Made by a program: the position numbers and the translations under genes. From Tortispora ganteri (Eukaryota), in the NCBI GenBank assembly GCA_003707115.1, contig PPNB01000023.1, positions 1-64,000 of the forward strand: a stretch of DNA of 64,000 nucleotides. Reading direction: 5' to 3'. Positions 1 to 11,173 of the stretch are shown one piece after another; position 1 is the first letter of the stretch, and each line of letters opens with the position of its first letter. The notes under the pieces are model-generated. The model ran no database searches and had not been told where the DNA came from. It saw only the letters and a list, made by a program, of their open reading frames with translations.

Positions 1-445
1 GCAACTACAGGTTCCTGAAGACTCAACAACAACTCACTCTACGACATTCGAATATCGTACTATCAGAGGGTTTTAGCCCAGACTCATAATAGGTCAAGGT
101 TTCCCTCTTTCTAATACTTAACGTACTATCACGTAGTTTCTGTTCATTGCGCTCTAAACCCTAAGCTACACTACCCTAATCCAGGTAGTTCTCCAACAGA
201 AATCCATCCACCTGAGAGAGCAGTAAGGGGCAGATTGAAGCGCGGACACCTCCAACAACTCATGCAGCTCAAATATGCGCCACAGTATATTAACAGCAAA
301 TTTAGGTGATTTTAGGGTAGAAGGCTTGAACAACTTTCAAACAGCCCTATGAGCCCATTCTTGTACCTCTGGCAGATTGAGCTTCTACTTACCCGGCCTA
401 CGCCGTTGCCTTGTGCGAGAACCTCCGTCACGAACTATCTCTCTA

Positions 446-1003
446 ATGTGGACCGCGATCGTGGCTGCGTGCAGACCTGACATGGGTATCGGGCTTGCTG
501 GAGGTCTACCATGGCGTCTTTCTTACGACATGAAGTTTTTCCGCTCTGCTACTGCAGGATCGGCGGTAGTAATGGGCCGCAAAACCTGGGACTCGCTACC
601 GGCGCGATTTAGACCGCTCCCTGGACGGCGCAACATTGTTATTTCTCGATCGGCGAGCCATCTGCCTGGCGCTGAAGTCGTCTCTTCCCTTGACGAAGCA
701 TATAACCTAACATCTAGTGATCCGCAAAGCCGTGCATTTCTAATTGGTGGAGCCCAGATCTATAACTCGGCATTCGCTGCTGGCCTCATCGATACTGTGC
801 TGTTAACAGATATTCACACTAGCTTTGAGACTGACACTAAATTGACGTCTTTCCCTGCTGACGAACAGTCCCGTTTGTCTCAAGGCTGGATCCGTGCAGA
901 CCACGAAGAGTTGAAAATCATCTCGAACTTCCCCGATTTGGAACCCACAGTAGAGGAAAACGGAGTCTTCTATTCTCATGTGCTTTACAAAATATCATCT
1001 TGA
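446..1003 (+). CDS. DFR1: Dihydrofolate reductase
   Basis: AIVAAC..MGIG..GGLPW.LSYDMKFF, VVMGRKTWDSLP..FRPLPGRRNIVISR and FLIGGAQIY motifs. First ATG at 446; the track starts at TTG 377. Confidence 0.95.
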   Translation: MWTAIVAACRPDMGIGLAGGLPWRLSYDMKFFRSATAGSAVVMGRKTWDSLPARFRPLPGRRNIVISRSASHLPGAEVVSSLDEAYNLTSSDPQSRAFLIGGAQIYNSAFAAGLIDTVLLTDIHTSFETDTKLTSFPADEQSRLSQGWIRADHEELKIISNFPDLEPTVEENGVFYSHVLYKISS

Positions 1004-1156
1004 TACTCTACACCACATGGCCAAGTTAGTTAATCAAAAAACAGTATAATATTCCATATTCCAAAATTCCAAAATTCACAATAACCCAAATCCCGAGAAC
1101 ACCACCGTTGCTTTCCTGTATCCCAATCGAAACTAATTACTATCACCATTGATCGT

Positions 1157-3505
1157 TCAACAATCATTCATGTACAGTCGATTCATCCCAGCTATCTCAC
1201 GGCAAAGCGTAACCCAGTCCAGATACCACTTACGTAACCGCTTAGTGCTATTCCCTTTCTCCTCCCATAACATCAATTCGTACATGAACTTCAAATTAGG
1301 TTGGATAATCACATTCAAACGACGTGCACGCACATACAGATAAGCGTCTGCTAACGTTATTCCTTTCCTGTGCATCGCAGCTGCGATACAAACAGTAGCA
1401 GACCGACTTACGCCAACACGGCAGTGCACTAGTGTTTTGAATCCGCGCCGATGATTTTCTTCGATGTACTCTATACATTCATCAAGCACTCCTAAGATGC
1501 TATCATTCCCGTCATCTTGCACATTGTTGACGTGTTTGTATCCAACTACTGTGTCGCACTCAGGAATTCGCACTTCCCCTTGCATTCCATCTGTATTCTT
1601 CTCCATCCATGAAGGCATTTCTCCAACAGATAACACCCTGGTAATATTCAGTCTCGCTAACAGAGGTAAATTGTTAGCGTGTCTGAGATTACCCAGGTAT
1701 AGGTCATCGAAAATCTGCGAAGGAAATGACCCATCTAGCGAGAGAAACCACGGTGGTACCTTGTATAAACGCAAGATAGACCTCACTTCAACGGAGCTAG
1801 GCTCACTGTGAGAGATTTTCGAGAGCTCACATACATTCGAGGATGGTCGAGCCAGCTCTTCCTCCTCAACCTGCTTAGATCTTGCTATCAGATAAGTTTG
1901 CGCGTAATGCAATAACGGAACATCAACGGGAAACGAAAAAAATGGCCGCTTGCATACCATATGCAAATTGATATAAGCCTCATGTACAGGTATCCGCAAA
2001 GTGTATATGAGATAAGAAATAGCCAAGAATGTGGTTTCAGTATATCCATCATGACACAAAATGAGAAATCTGAAATGGTCCATAGTTGATCTCAAGTGTA
2101 TCCATTCGCAAAATTTGACGATATTCATCACATCAACTTGACTGGTGTCTCCTAAGCTCATACTTCCGGAGGCAGGGAATGCAATGTGAGCAACACAGGT
2201 CGCCGTTGCAGCCACATTTTCAAAATCAGTATTGCTATTAGAGGTTACCGAATTCCTGCTTCTCATAATCTTGCGAGCAGCCAAAATCTTGTCCACGTTC
2301 TTTAGAACCTGCAGATCAGGAACCTTCGAGCCATCCACACACTCAATAAAGACATCGTATTTGTTATGAACTTCGGGAACAGAGACAGGTTTGCCGGGAA
2401 GCCCTTCAATGTCACTTATATTACCTAGGTAAACGCAGGGCGATATAACCTTTGCTGACGCCAGTTCAAATATTTCGGATCGTTCTCTATATATGAAATC
2501 ATCTTCTGTTGCCCACACAAGGCCAGATAGATCCACAGCAACGTGGTTCCTATGAAAAAGCTCAAATGTATCAAAAGAGCTAGTGACAACGAACGTATTG
2601 TACTCAACTTGTACAGCATCGATATCTCTATTCTTCTCGGGAATCAAAGATTTATGGTATAACTGAGCCTTCCTAATCCGATTGGCAACATCCAATAATC
2701 CAGACATAACAAAGCTATCCAAGGACCCTGTATGATCGTCTTCTGATGCTGATACCGGGGCATAAACGACTATATCCGATATTAAAGCCAGTTTGCGTAC
2801 TTGGCTAGAAAAAGATCGCAGGTTAAGACCAGGGGCTTGCTTGTGTTGTGCAAACCCAGGTTCAGAAGCGTCAGCAGGAAGGATATCCTGAGGATCAATT
2901 GCGCCTCTCAGCAAACCTGGAGGGAATGTCCGAGAAGTGGTAGTGGATGCTGATTCTGAGTTTTGTGATTGCGGGCAGTCCATTGACATAACTGAACTCC
3001 CTGAATTGGTCGACATAGACCAGTTTCTGGCTTTAATGTTTGCACGCACTAAAAGAATAGACCTAACTTTTGGTGGATTGCCTGCATGGACCGCTTGTGG
3101 ATCCAGAAGGGACATTTGAATAGCATTTTCAGGAGATAGACCATGCAGCCATGGGAACATCACACTCGAAGGTGGCATTGCAGAATCATTTTGGGTATCC
3201 AGCACACTTATTATTTGATCTGCAGTAATTCCATATATAGAATTCGTTGGCTCAATGAGCGGGAATGAAGTAGGCGGATATAAGGAACTAGGGAGTTTGG
3301 AACTTTCGCCAGAATAAGGTCTAGACGATAGAGTATAAGAAGAGGCAGCCGCCTCATCGAATATAGATGGAGCACCAGAGCCAAGAATTTGTTGTCCTGA
3401 ATCTGAACCGAGAATTGCTTTTAAATGTACGGTCGCAGAGCCACCAGGGACAATTTTAGCCAAATTGCTCGTTGTGTCAGCAGAAAGGTCTATTGTCGCA
3501 GACAT
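1157..3505 (-). CDS. PPS1: Pps1-type dual-specificity protein phosphatase
   Basis: C-terminal VHCRVGVSRSAT catalytic loop, YVRARRLNVIIQPN, N-terminal FPWLHG and a degenerate first domain (CHDGYTET). First ATG at 3505. Confidence 0.88.
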   Translation of the reverse strand: MSATIDLSADTTSNLAKIVPGGSATVHLKAILGSDSGQQILGSGAPSIFDEAAASSYTLSSRPYSGESSKLPSSLYPPTSFPLIEPTNSIYGITADQIISVLDTQNDSAMPPSSVMFPWLHGLSPENAIQMSLLDPQAVHAGNPPKVRSILLVRANIKARNWSMSTNSGSSVMSMDCPQSQNSESASTTTSRTFPPGLLRGAIDPQDILPADASEPGFAQHKQAPGLNLRSFSSQVRKLALISDIVVYAPVSASEDDHTGSLDSFVMSGLLDVANRIRKAQLYHKSLIPEKNRDIDAVQVEYNTFVVTSSFDTFELFHRNHVAVDLSGLVWATEDDFIYRERSEIFELASAKVISPCVYLGNISDIEGLPGKPVSVPEVHNKYDVFIECVDGSKVPDLQVLKNVDKILAARKIMRSRNSVTSNSNTDFENVAATATCVAHIAFPASGSMSLGDTSQVDVMNIVKFCEWIHLRSTMDHFRFLILCHDGYTETTFLAISYLIYTLRIPVHEAYINLHMVCKRPFFSFPVDVPLLHYAQTYLIARSKQVEEEELARPSSNVCELSKISHSEPSSVEVRSILRLYKVPPWFLSLDGSFPSQIFDDLYLGNLRHANNLPLLARLNITRVLSVGEMPSWMEKNTDGMQGEVRIPECDTVVGYKHVNNVQDDGNDSILGVLDECIEYIEENHRRGFKTLVHCRVGVSRSATVCIAAAMHRKGITLADAYLYVRARRLNVIIQPNLKFMYELMLWEEKGNSTKRLRKWYLDWVTLCREIAGMNRLYMNDC

Positions 3506-4462
3506 CCCAGTCAGAGAGACAGATTTGAAACGATGAAAACTGAATAAAGACACTTATGTAAGAAAAACTATATGTCTAAAAGTTCGCTTAACCTATGTGA
3601 GCAAAATTACGGCCAATAACAGCCTTATATGTGGCGTTTAGTGAACGTTTCTGCTGCAATATTTCACGTTAATTGTGACTTATATCACAGGAGTCTGCTT
3701 CGCTTATTAATAGTTCGTTGAAGGAAAAGCTTCCGCACAAACGACGAGCAAATTGAGCGACAATTTTAAACTAACAAAATATCGCTGGAATATCGTCAGT
3801 ATATGATTTAGAGAGTTATATAAGTATTCTGATCAGATCAAACAATATGCGCGGGGGTGCAACAGGCGGGAGGAACTGAGTCAAACCGTATTAGATTAGA
3901 TAGACTTTTACCATATCACAAGGGCCTGGATCCACTTAAAACACTTAGAATTAGGGTTAAGGGTAGTTGAAATGCCACTAAAGTGTAGTTTAGATCACCG
4001 GATACAGTTCTCATCGCTATAATAAGGATCGTGCAGATAAGCTTATTACTTTAACATGGAGTATGCGGCTCAGGCACTGAATTAGACATGTTGATTTGCA
4101 ATTGGCTCAATTGCTTGTGAAGAGCGTGTTTGATATAGTGTGCGCCCTGAAAGAAGTAGCTGCGATGTTTCTAACTTCAGCGCAGTGGGTCATATGCTGC
4201 AACTTCCAATATGACTAGTATAGCTTAGATAAAGCAGTAATCTTGCAAGTCAAATTGTACAAAACAGCTGCCGTCATTGACTGTCCAGGAATCTCGGTCT
4301 TGTGAATTTTTTTTATTTCGTAACACATGGTTTCATCGCAGGCACATGTGCGATTACCCAAAATAAGTTGGTGGGTTTCGCTTAGTGTCATTCTTCGATA
4401 ATAAGTCAGTAATTGAAACAACGCAAAGCAAAAGAATCTCGCAGTGGGGCAAAATCATCATT

Positions 4463-6652
4463 TTACTTGTGCATAACCAATGAATCGTCAGGGTACTTTT
4501 TAGGTGTACTGACTGTAGGATAGAGCGAGGACAATATAAAAGAAAAAATAGGCCTGCTCATAATAAGCATAACCAGAGCAAAACTTATGGGAATGCATAT
4601 GCCCCAGAAATAAGATGGAGCATGGTCCAAGGCCTTAAAATTCGTAAAGTTCATACCGAAATATCCTGTCAAGAACGTTAACGGTAGAAACACCACAGAC
4701 ACAATTGTGAGTTGACGCATAGTTTCATTCACCCGGTAAGATAGTGTGTTAAATATTAAATTAATCTTGCCTTCTGTCAAATGCTCCATGTATTCAAGGC
4801 TATCTGTGAAGGAAATTGCATGGTCAGCCACATCCGCTAGATACAGTTTCGCCATTTCTGACACAAAAGGTATAGTAGAAATTCTGCCCGCGCCCGAAGA
4901 ATTTGCTTTGGCTCTTCCTGCTCTGTTATTATCTCCCCGTTCATACGAGCTGTTCGCCCCTCCTTGATTTGTTCGTGAAGTGGTATAGACAATCTTCAGC
5001 GGACCTGGAGGACGAGTGTCGCCAACATGATCCCGCAAAGCATTTACTAACGCTGTAATAGGAACAAGAGTGCGTTTGAGCATTGACATTTCTACCGACA
5101 AGTTTCGCAAGGACATCGTGTCAGCTACTGGCGGAATTGTGTCTGCGTATCGAGATAAAGAGTCCGCACCTACAATTCGATTCTGATAGGCGGTCACAAT
5201 AGGCAAAACAAGATCGACAATGCTATCTAATATAGCCTGAAGAAGAATACTCGGATCGCATGACTCTCTCAAAATAGTACTCTCCAGTGCCAGTCGGCGA
5301 AATATAGGTTCCTGAATTTCTTCTGCAGAATGTTCAAAAAATGAGATCACTGTGTTGTCTTTAGTCATAAACAGTGAAACCTGCTCCACCACTACAGCTT
5401 CGTGGTCAAAACTGAGTGCTTGTCGTGTTTCAGGAGAAAATGACGCTTTGGCTGTAGGAATATTCCATCTCAAGAGAGTGATGTAGCCGTTTGCCGTTAA
5501 GTATTCTTCAACTCGTCTATCTGCTTCCCATCTTCTCTTTTTTTCAGGAGCCCAACGATCGATAAAGCGCATAAAATAGTTCCTGCTGCTTTCTTTCTCT
5601 TTAAGATACTCTTCTGGTATTGTAACCAATCTGTGAAGCGGCAGGCAGCAGAACATATGAGTCATATAATAATCCACCTTGGTACGTTGAGGAATATCGA
5701 CCATATCTTCGATTGCCAATCTATGAAGTCCAAAATGCTGTGAAATAGCACGCAAGGTCCCCCATGAAAGTCCATTCACATTAATCCACCTCACGGTACT
5801 CCAGTCAGGCCGCGAATTGAGCACGGAAGTTATTGTGGCATCAGATATACCACGCTGTATTCTATATTTGTCAAAAGAGTAATCGACCACCGTTGCAATA
5901 GAATAGTCTCCTAGCTCAACATCAGTTGTGCGAATATCAATACCTGGTTCCCATCCGGGCTGTTCTTTTTCGACGGATGTGCGACTAGTTGAGGTCTCAG
6001 AATCGAACGAATAAGTTGAATACTTGCGCTTTTGGCGTTCTTCAGCACTATGACTTCGCACAGCATCATTGACAGTTAAATGTTCATTTTTACCGTGAAA
6101 GCTTTTCTCATCAAGTTCTGGCAGCTTAAATTCAATTGTACCAGATCGCTGTCTGGTATCGGCGTTCAAGGGTGTACCGTCATCATTCATTGTACGATAG
6201 TGCGGATCGTTGTATATAGAAGTATGAACACTTTCTGACGCAATATGTGGATCTGTATTTCCTTGAATATCTCTGCGGGTCCCACGTTTGCTTAGACGTT
6301 TCAGCGGATCCTGGGCACTGAGTTCATCACTATCTTCGTTATCGCTGGCAAACCCGTCGTCTTCCACAGCATGTTCGTCAACTTCAATATCACAGTGTGG
6401 TCCTTCGTCCCCTTGCAGGTTATCTTTCTTTTTAAGCATCTGTAGTATCTTCTGTCTCCGCAATTGAGATTGTTCGAGTGGTTGCAGATGCCGGAACGGA
6501 CGCTCCATTGTTCCAAAAGAGCCAGTATCCGACATATCTCTCGAGCTAACCTCTGAATCGGCACGCGGTCTGGCTATGCTCGGTAAGTACTTCAAGCTTA
6601 CTGACGGTTTAGGTTGAGCCTCCGACGGTGTTTGGTTGAAATCATTATCCAT
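4463..6652 (-). CDS. CorA-family Mg2+/divalent cation transporter
   Basis: RWINVNG, FGLHRLAIED and two C-terminal TM helices with the FLPLTFLTGYFGMNF (GMN) signature. Confidence 0.9.
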   Translation of the reverse strand: MDNDFNQTPSEAQPKPSVSLKYLPSIARPRADSEVSSRDMSDTGSFGTMERPFRHLQPLEQSQLRRQKILQMLKKKDNLQGDEGPHCDIEVDEHAVEDDGFASDNEDSDELSAQDPLKRLSKRGTRRDIQGNTDPHIASESVHTSIYNDPHYRTMNDDGTPLNADTRQRSGTIEFKLPELDEKSFHGKNEHLTVNDAVRSHSAEERQKRKYSTYSFDSETSTSRTSVEKEQPGWEPGIDIRTTDVELGDYSIATVVDYSFDKYRIQRGISDATITSVLNSRPDWSTVRWINVNGLSWGTLRAISQHFGLHRLAIEDMVDIPQRTKVDYYMTHMFCCLPLHRLVTIPEEYLKEKESSRNYFMRFIDRWAPEKKRRWEADRRVEEYLTANGYITLLRWNIPTAKASFSPETRQALSFDHEAVVVEQVSLFMTKDNTVISFFEHSAEEIQEPIFRRLALESTILRESCDPSILLQAILDSIVDLVLPIVTAYQNRIVGADSLSRYADTIPPVADTMSLRNLSVEMSMLKRTLVPITALVNALRDHVGDTRPPGPLKIVYTTSRTNQGGANSSYERGDNNRAGRAKANSSGAGRISTIPFVSEMAKLYLADVADHAISFTDSLEYMEHLTEGKINLIFNTLSYRVNETMRQLTIVSVVFLPLTFLTGYFGMNFTNFKALDHAPSYFWGICIPISFALVMLIMSRPIFSFILSSLYPTVSTPKKYPDDSLVMHK

Positions 6653-6946
6653 ATCGTTCCCCGGTGGTACCGCGTCAATTTTGCGCGCTCAATAGTCTGT
6701 CGCAGTGTGTACATTCAAAGGGCCAAAATATATGCAAACGCAGGTTCCCAAAGACTGCAATTAAATACACTGCACAAAACACCCCAGCAGGACTTTTCGC
6801 GGAAATCGACGAAGTACGAATGCCACTCAATGACCATAGCAAAAAACCAAATCTAGCAACACGTGTGTACGTCACCATAACGACCAATCCAATCACGACA
6901 GCCAATTGGTTATGTCGATCGACAATGTGATATCTGTTAATACTGT

Positions 6947-8791
6947 TTATGTTTTTGTAATTAGCAGCACGCCGTCAAAATGCGACCCAAATGAGAAGCA
7001 ATTCGCACCTCCTCCAAGGACAAATAATGTATCGTCTGAAATCATGGCAGCGGAAGCTCCAATGAGCAGCTTGTTGGGTATCTTTAGCGTTGAGACCTGA
7101 GCCGATGTGAGATCGTCTGAGAAACGCAAAATCGTAATAATTGCATTCTCATCATTTTGAGCATTGGCGACTCCTCCAATTACTGCGACTGTGTTAAGTC
7201 CAATAACAGTAGACCGTGCTCCGATGAATAGGTCGAACTTCTGTGTAATGCGGGTGATGCGCAAAGAGAGAGCACCATCTTGAATACTAGCAGTCCACGA
7301 ATAAATAACGTCATGTGGAACCCCATAAGCATCAAATCCCGAGCCACATATGCCCTTATTTCCAAAGGTGGCCAGGACTGGCGATTGAGTGAAGCCCTTG
7401 AACTGTTGGCAGAAGTCTTCGACGTCCCCGTCAAGATCCACCTCTAGCCAAGTCCATTTTGACGATAGGTACCTAAAAAGACTGCTATCTGCAGTGTTAC
7501 CTCCAAACACTAAAACACCACCATATAAAGGCACTGCTGCATGTCTAAATCGCGTGTACGGCAAAGATGGAAGTTCTGTCCATAAACCGCTCTCTGTGAG
7601 GACCCAGCAATCAGCGAGAGGTTTAGTTGGGTTTGATCTACCACCAATAAGTACTATAGAATCATCAATAGTAGTCATAGTGTGGGCCATTCTTTCCTGT
7701 AAATCAGTTTGTGTGCGAAAACAATTTGTACCAGACACAATGGTTAGAATATTTGATCTGCCGTTGACTCTGGCCAGGCCTCCAAAAGTGTATAAAGAGT
7801 CATTCAAAACTGCCACATCGGCAAATCTGCATTCTGTAAGATAAGCTGGATATTCAGGGCACTTGAAAGCGTAACTTGATGTAATATTAGGCTTGTGCAA
7901 TAAAGAAGGTGTGGTAAAAGCTAGAGCTATGTCTTTTGTAGTTGCATGAAGAATGATATAATGTTGGCAAAACAAGAAGAATTCTTCCCATTCGTCGAAT
8001 GGTTCAGCATAGGCAACTTGCAGCCATAAGTCCGAAAGCTTGTGCCAGTAATTGTGAAGGGACATTGCGGCGACATTAGTATAGCCCAAGTCGAAGTAAC
8101 GTTGAGTAGCTGCTGGTAGTGAACTGTATACTAGTGGACTAAATATAGGTGCGTTCTGGGCCTGGAGATGACCTAGCATGACTCTAGAAAATGGATCTAA
8201 GAATGCAATCTGCTCCAGCGCAATAAACTGAGAATTAGGGAACGAAGCACATAATTCTATAAGGCTATTACTGTTTTCTGTGGGCATGTAGACAGTAGAC
8301 ACTTCTGCGACGAAAATGAAAGAGACATCGCCCAAACGCGCCTGCACCTGTTCTATCAAAGATCTGAACTTTTTAATGTCACATAGATCGCATTCAATTG
8401 CCCAATATGAACCAAATATATGTATTGGTCCGTTCGAAAGTGATGTATAGGGATATTGTTCCTTCACAATCGATACTTTTTTCTGGATCAACGCCGGAAA
8501 GTCTATATCGATACAAATAGTGTCTACAAGGATAAGACCAAGCGGATCAAATCCAGCGCCAAGGTTTACAACCACAGGGTTTGATACAGATGATATGGCA
8601 TATTGTAGCGTTCTTACTACCGCCAGCATACGAATCCAATAACCTCTATTAATAAGGGGTGATCTGCGTACCTTCTTAGATATAAACGGTTTGAAATATT
8701 TTGACCAAGCATTTGTCACAGGGTAATTGAGTAGGGTAACTGAATATTTAGAAAGAATTGATTGTGAATTAGTATCTATAATGGAGTTCAT
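6947..8791 (-). CDS. PPM2: tRNA wybutosine methyltransferase Tyw4/Ppm2 (LCM domain plus Kelch repeats)
   Basis: RRSPLINRGYWIRM, VVNLGAGFDPL, EPFDEWEEF, Kelch GG repeats and C-terminal GGGANCFSFGSHF. Confidence 0.92.
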   Translation of the reverse strand: MNSIIDTNSQSILSKYSVTLLNYPVTNAWSKYFKPFISKKVRRSPLINRGYWIRMLAVVRTLQYAISSVSNPVVVNLGAGFDPLGLILVDTICIDIDFPALIQKKVSIVKEQYPYTSLSNGPIHIFGSYWAIECDLCDIKKFRSLIEQVQARLGDVSFIFVAEVSTVYMPTENSNSLIELCASFPNSQFIALEQIAFLDPFSRVMLGHLQAQNAPIFSPLVYSSLPAATQRYFDLGYTNVAAMSLHNYWHKLSDLWLQVAYAEPFDEWEEFFLFCQHYIILHATTKDIALAFTTPSLLHKPNITSSYAFKCPEYPAYLTECRFADVAVLNDSLYTFGGLARVNGRSNILTIVSGTNCFRTQTDLQERMAHTMTTIDDSIVLIGGRSNPTKPLADCWVLTESGLWTELPSLPYTRFRHAAVPLYGGVLVFGGNTADSSLFRYLSSKWTWLEVDLDGDVEDFCQQFKGFTQSPVLATFGNKGICGSGFDAYGVPHDVIYSWTASIQDGALSLRITRITQKFDLFIGARSTVIGLNTVAVIGGVANAQNDENAIITILRFSDDLTSAQVSTLKIPNKLLIGASAAMISDDTLFVLGGGANCFSFGSHFDGVLLITKT

Positions 8792-8881
8792 GATATTTTC
8801 TAGTCAGGTGTAGTAAAAGTGACTATTCCTCCAAACCTTGGGATCAAAGATCCATTTACCACTACACTAAGACGTCGAACT

Positions 8882-10249
8882 ATGGAGGCGTTGAATTTCG
8901 TCAATTTCAATCAAGATTTTTCTTGTATCTCTGTAGGTACAAGACAAGGTTACAGAATTTATTCATGTGAACCATTTGGACAATGCTATTCTCAAAATGA
9001 AGGAGGAATGGCTATTGTAGAGATGCTGTTCTGTACATCCCTCGTTGCAATGGTCGGAATGGGCGACGACGCGATCCTTTCACCACGCCGCCTGCATATC
9101 ACAAATACCAAAAGAAATACCGTTATATGTGAATTGACTTTCCCTACGTCCATTCTAGCTGTAAAACTCAACCGTCGGCGACTAGTTGTCGTCCTCGAGG
9201 AACAAATGTACATGTATGATATATCCAACATGAAACTATTACATACATTTGAAACATCCCCTAATCCGACCGCAATCTGCTCTTTGTCTTCAAGCAGTGA
9301 TAATTGCTATCTGGCATACCCAGCCTCTGTTCCTGCTGCCGGATCACCATTCGCTAAGGACGCATCTACCTCTGCCGCCTCAGGTATTAACGGCCCTACA
9401 GCCGGCGCCAATGGCGACGTTATCCTTTTTGACTGCGGCAATCTGCAGCCCGTCAACGTCGTAGAGGCGCACAAATCGCCGCTTGCCTTAGTGGCTCTTA
9501 ACCCGGAAGGAACATTGCTGGCCACTGCCTCTGAAAAGGGTACTATTATCCGCATCTTCTCAGTACCTGGCGCTCAGAAACTGTACCAGTTCCGTCGTGG
9601 TACGTATCCTACCCATATTTACTGCATGAATTTCAATCTTTCTTCGACTTTCCTTGCTGTATCTTCGTCTTCTGACACAATACATATATTTAAACTCTCT
9701 GGGCCTGATGACCGCATCAAGGCACTCGGCGGGTCGCAACGTGCGCGCTCAGTCACTGCGACTTCGCTGCCCAAGAGTCCAATATCACCCTCGTACCAGC
9801 AATCGATCAACTCTGATGAGCGTGGTGGTTCGCCTATGTCAGGCGAAAATATCTACAATGCTGGCAGTGATAGCGAACAGCATGAGTCACTGAGCAACTC
9901 GTTTGGAGGAAGCGCGGCGGAGTCACTGTCGGACATCAGGAAACGTAATGGGACTGTTGCCAGCATGATCCGCCGATCGAGTCAAACTATTGGGAGATCA
10001 GTAGCTGGCGCATTTGGTGGGTACTTGCCATCTGCGATGACCGAGATGTGGGAACCGCAAAGAGACTTTGCCTACGTAAAGCTTCCATCAGCGAGGATCA
10101 AATCGGTTGTCGCAATGAGTTCTACGCTACCGGAGATCATGGTTGTGAACCAAGAAGGATACTTTCTGCAATACAGTCTGGATCTTGACAACGGTGGAGA
10201 ATGCAGTTTAATCAAGCAGTACTCGCTGTTGGACAATGAAGGGCCATAG
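8882..10249 (+). CDS. ATG18: Autophagy PROPPIN Atg18
   Basis: FNQDFSCISVGT, VEMLFCTSL, LATASEKGTIIRIF and the FRRG lipid-binding motif. ATG at 8882. Confidence 0.95.
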   Translation: MEALNFVNFNQDFSCISVGTRQGYRIYSCEPFGQCYSQNEGGMAIVEMLFCTSLVAMVGMGDDAILSPRRLHITNTKRNTVICELTFPTSILAVKLNRRRLVVVLEEQMYMYDISNMKLLHTFETSPNPTAICSLSSSSDNCYLAYPASVPAAGSPFAKDASTSAASGINGPTAGANGDVILFDCGNLQPVNVVEAHKSPLALVALNPEGTLLATASEKGTIIRIFSVPGAQKLYQFRRGTYPTHIYCMNFNLSSTFLAVSSSSDTIHIFKLSGPDDRIKALGGSQRARSVTATSLPKSPISPSYQQSINSDERGGSPMSGENIYNAGSDSEQHESLSNSFGGSAAESLSDIRKRNGTVASMIRRSSQTIGRSVAGAFGGYLPSAMTEMWEPQRDFAYVKLPSARIKSVVAMSSTLPEIMVVNQEGYFLQYSLDLDNGGECSLIKQYSLLDNEGP

Positions 10250-10394
10250 TGTCTTACACGTGATGATTCCGGATAAAGGTTTCAGAGAGTGCACAGCTGG
10301 AAAAAGGAAATCACGAACGGTGGAGCACTATTTACGGGGGGGTTTGTGCTCGCATGTAAAGTAATATGTAATGTAATATTATATGTTATGATAT

Positions 10395-10985
10395 TCACTT
10401 AAAGTCGTAAGCTTTGCCGGCCATTAATAGACCAACGATTAGGCCAAAGAGGCCTAACACTGAACCGAAAATCTCTATGACCAAAATCTTGACAAATAGA
10501 CTAGGGTTAGCGGCGTCAGCAACAGCAGCAGTACTTCCAGTAATTCCGACAGCAACACCGCATACCATATTGCATAGTCCGACGGTGATACCAGCCCAAA
10601 AGAGGGCATAGCCCGTGTAGTAGTTCTGAGGGGTGTAGAGCCCGTCGCCTTGTACAAGAGTGAGCTTTGAAGAGAAAACAATAGACATTATAACGCCGTA
10701 AATGGCGACAACTTCGCAGAAAATAATAGATATAAGATTTTTCGTCCGTATTCTAGGTGCTTTGACGCCACCGCCAATAATCGACGTTCCTGTAACAAAT
10801 ATACCCCATGCCGCTCCGCATACTGAGAGTCCTATGCAGGCACCAATGCCCATGCATGCCCACATGTATGGCGTTGTTTGGAGGAGAAATTCACCTACAT
10901 TGAACTGTTCGCCGTCTCCCGTAAACAGCATGTATGCTGCAACAGTCGTTATGGCTAATCCTGCTACTGTAGCCTTTACGGACAT
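10395..10985 (-). CDS. VMA16: V-ATPase V0 proteolipid subunit c''
   Basis: [23 protein letters not shown] and [23 protein letters not shown]. Likely start MSVKATV at 10985; upstream in-frame ATGs exist. Confidence 0.95.
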   Translation of the reverse strand: MSVKATVAGLAITTVAAYMLFTGDGEQFNVGEFLLQTTPYMWACMGIGACIGLSVCGAAWGIFVTGTSIIGGGVKAPRIRTKNLISIIFCEVVAIYGVIMSIVFSSKLTLVQGDGLYTPQNYYTGYALFWAGITVGLCNMVCGVAVGITGSTAAVADAANPSLFVKILVIEIFGSVLGLFGLIVGLLMAGKAYDFK

Positions 10986-11173
10986 TGTTGGTTGGTGGTA
11001 AAGATCGAGAGATTTCCCTTGTTGATAGGGAAAAGGAGTTGAGAGCCTCCTTCCTTTTTGGGACATATATGCTACCATTTTCTTTTAAAACTAACTAATG
11101 CTACATGTTATTCAACGTAATTTCTTGGTATAAACGGTATTAAAAGATGCCAAAAATTTGTACTATCAAATAT

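Noticed and set aside
3851..3935. TPP riboswitch (GGGGGTGC...CTGAG)
   Set aside because: The 3' half (UGAUC.GG.UAAU.CC.GCG) is absent and no thiamine gene is adjacent. TGAGTCA there fits an AP-1/Gcn4-type site.
3951..3959. Telomerase RNA template (UAACCCUAA on the minus strand)
   Set aside because: The same motif recurs in many promoters, and I could not identify a pseudoknot or other supporting elements.
10260..10351. Box C/D snoRNA (GTGATGA)
   Set aside because: There is no downstream CTGA box D; the sequence lies in the ATG18/VMA16 3' UTRs.
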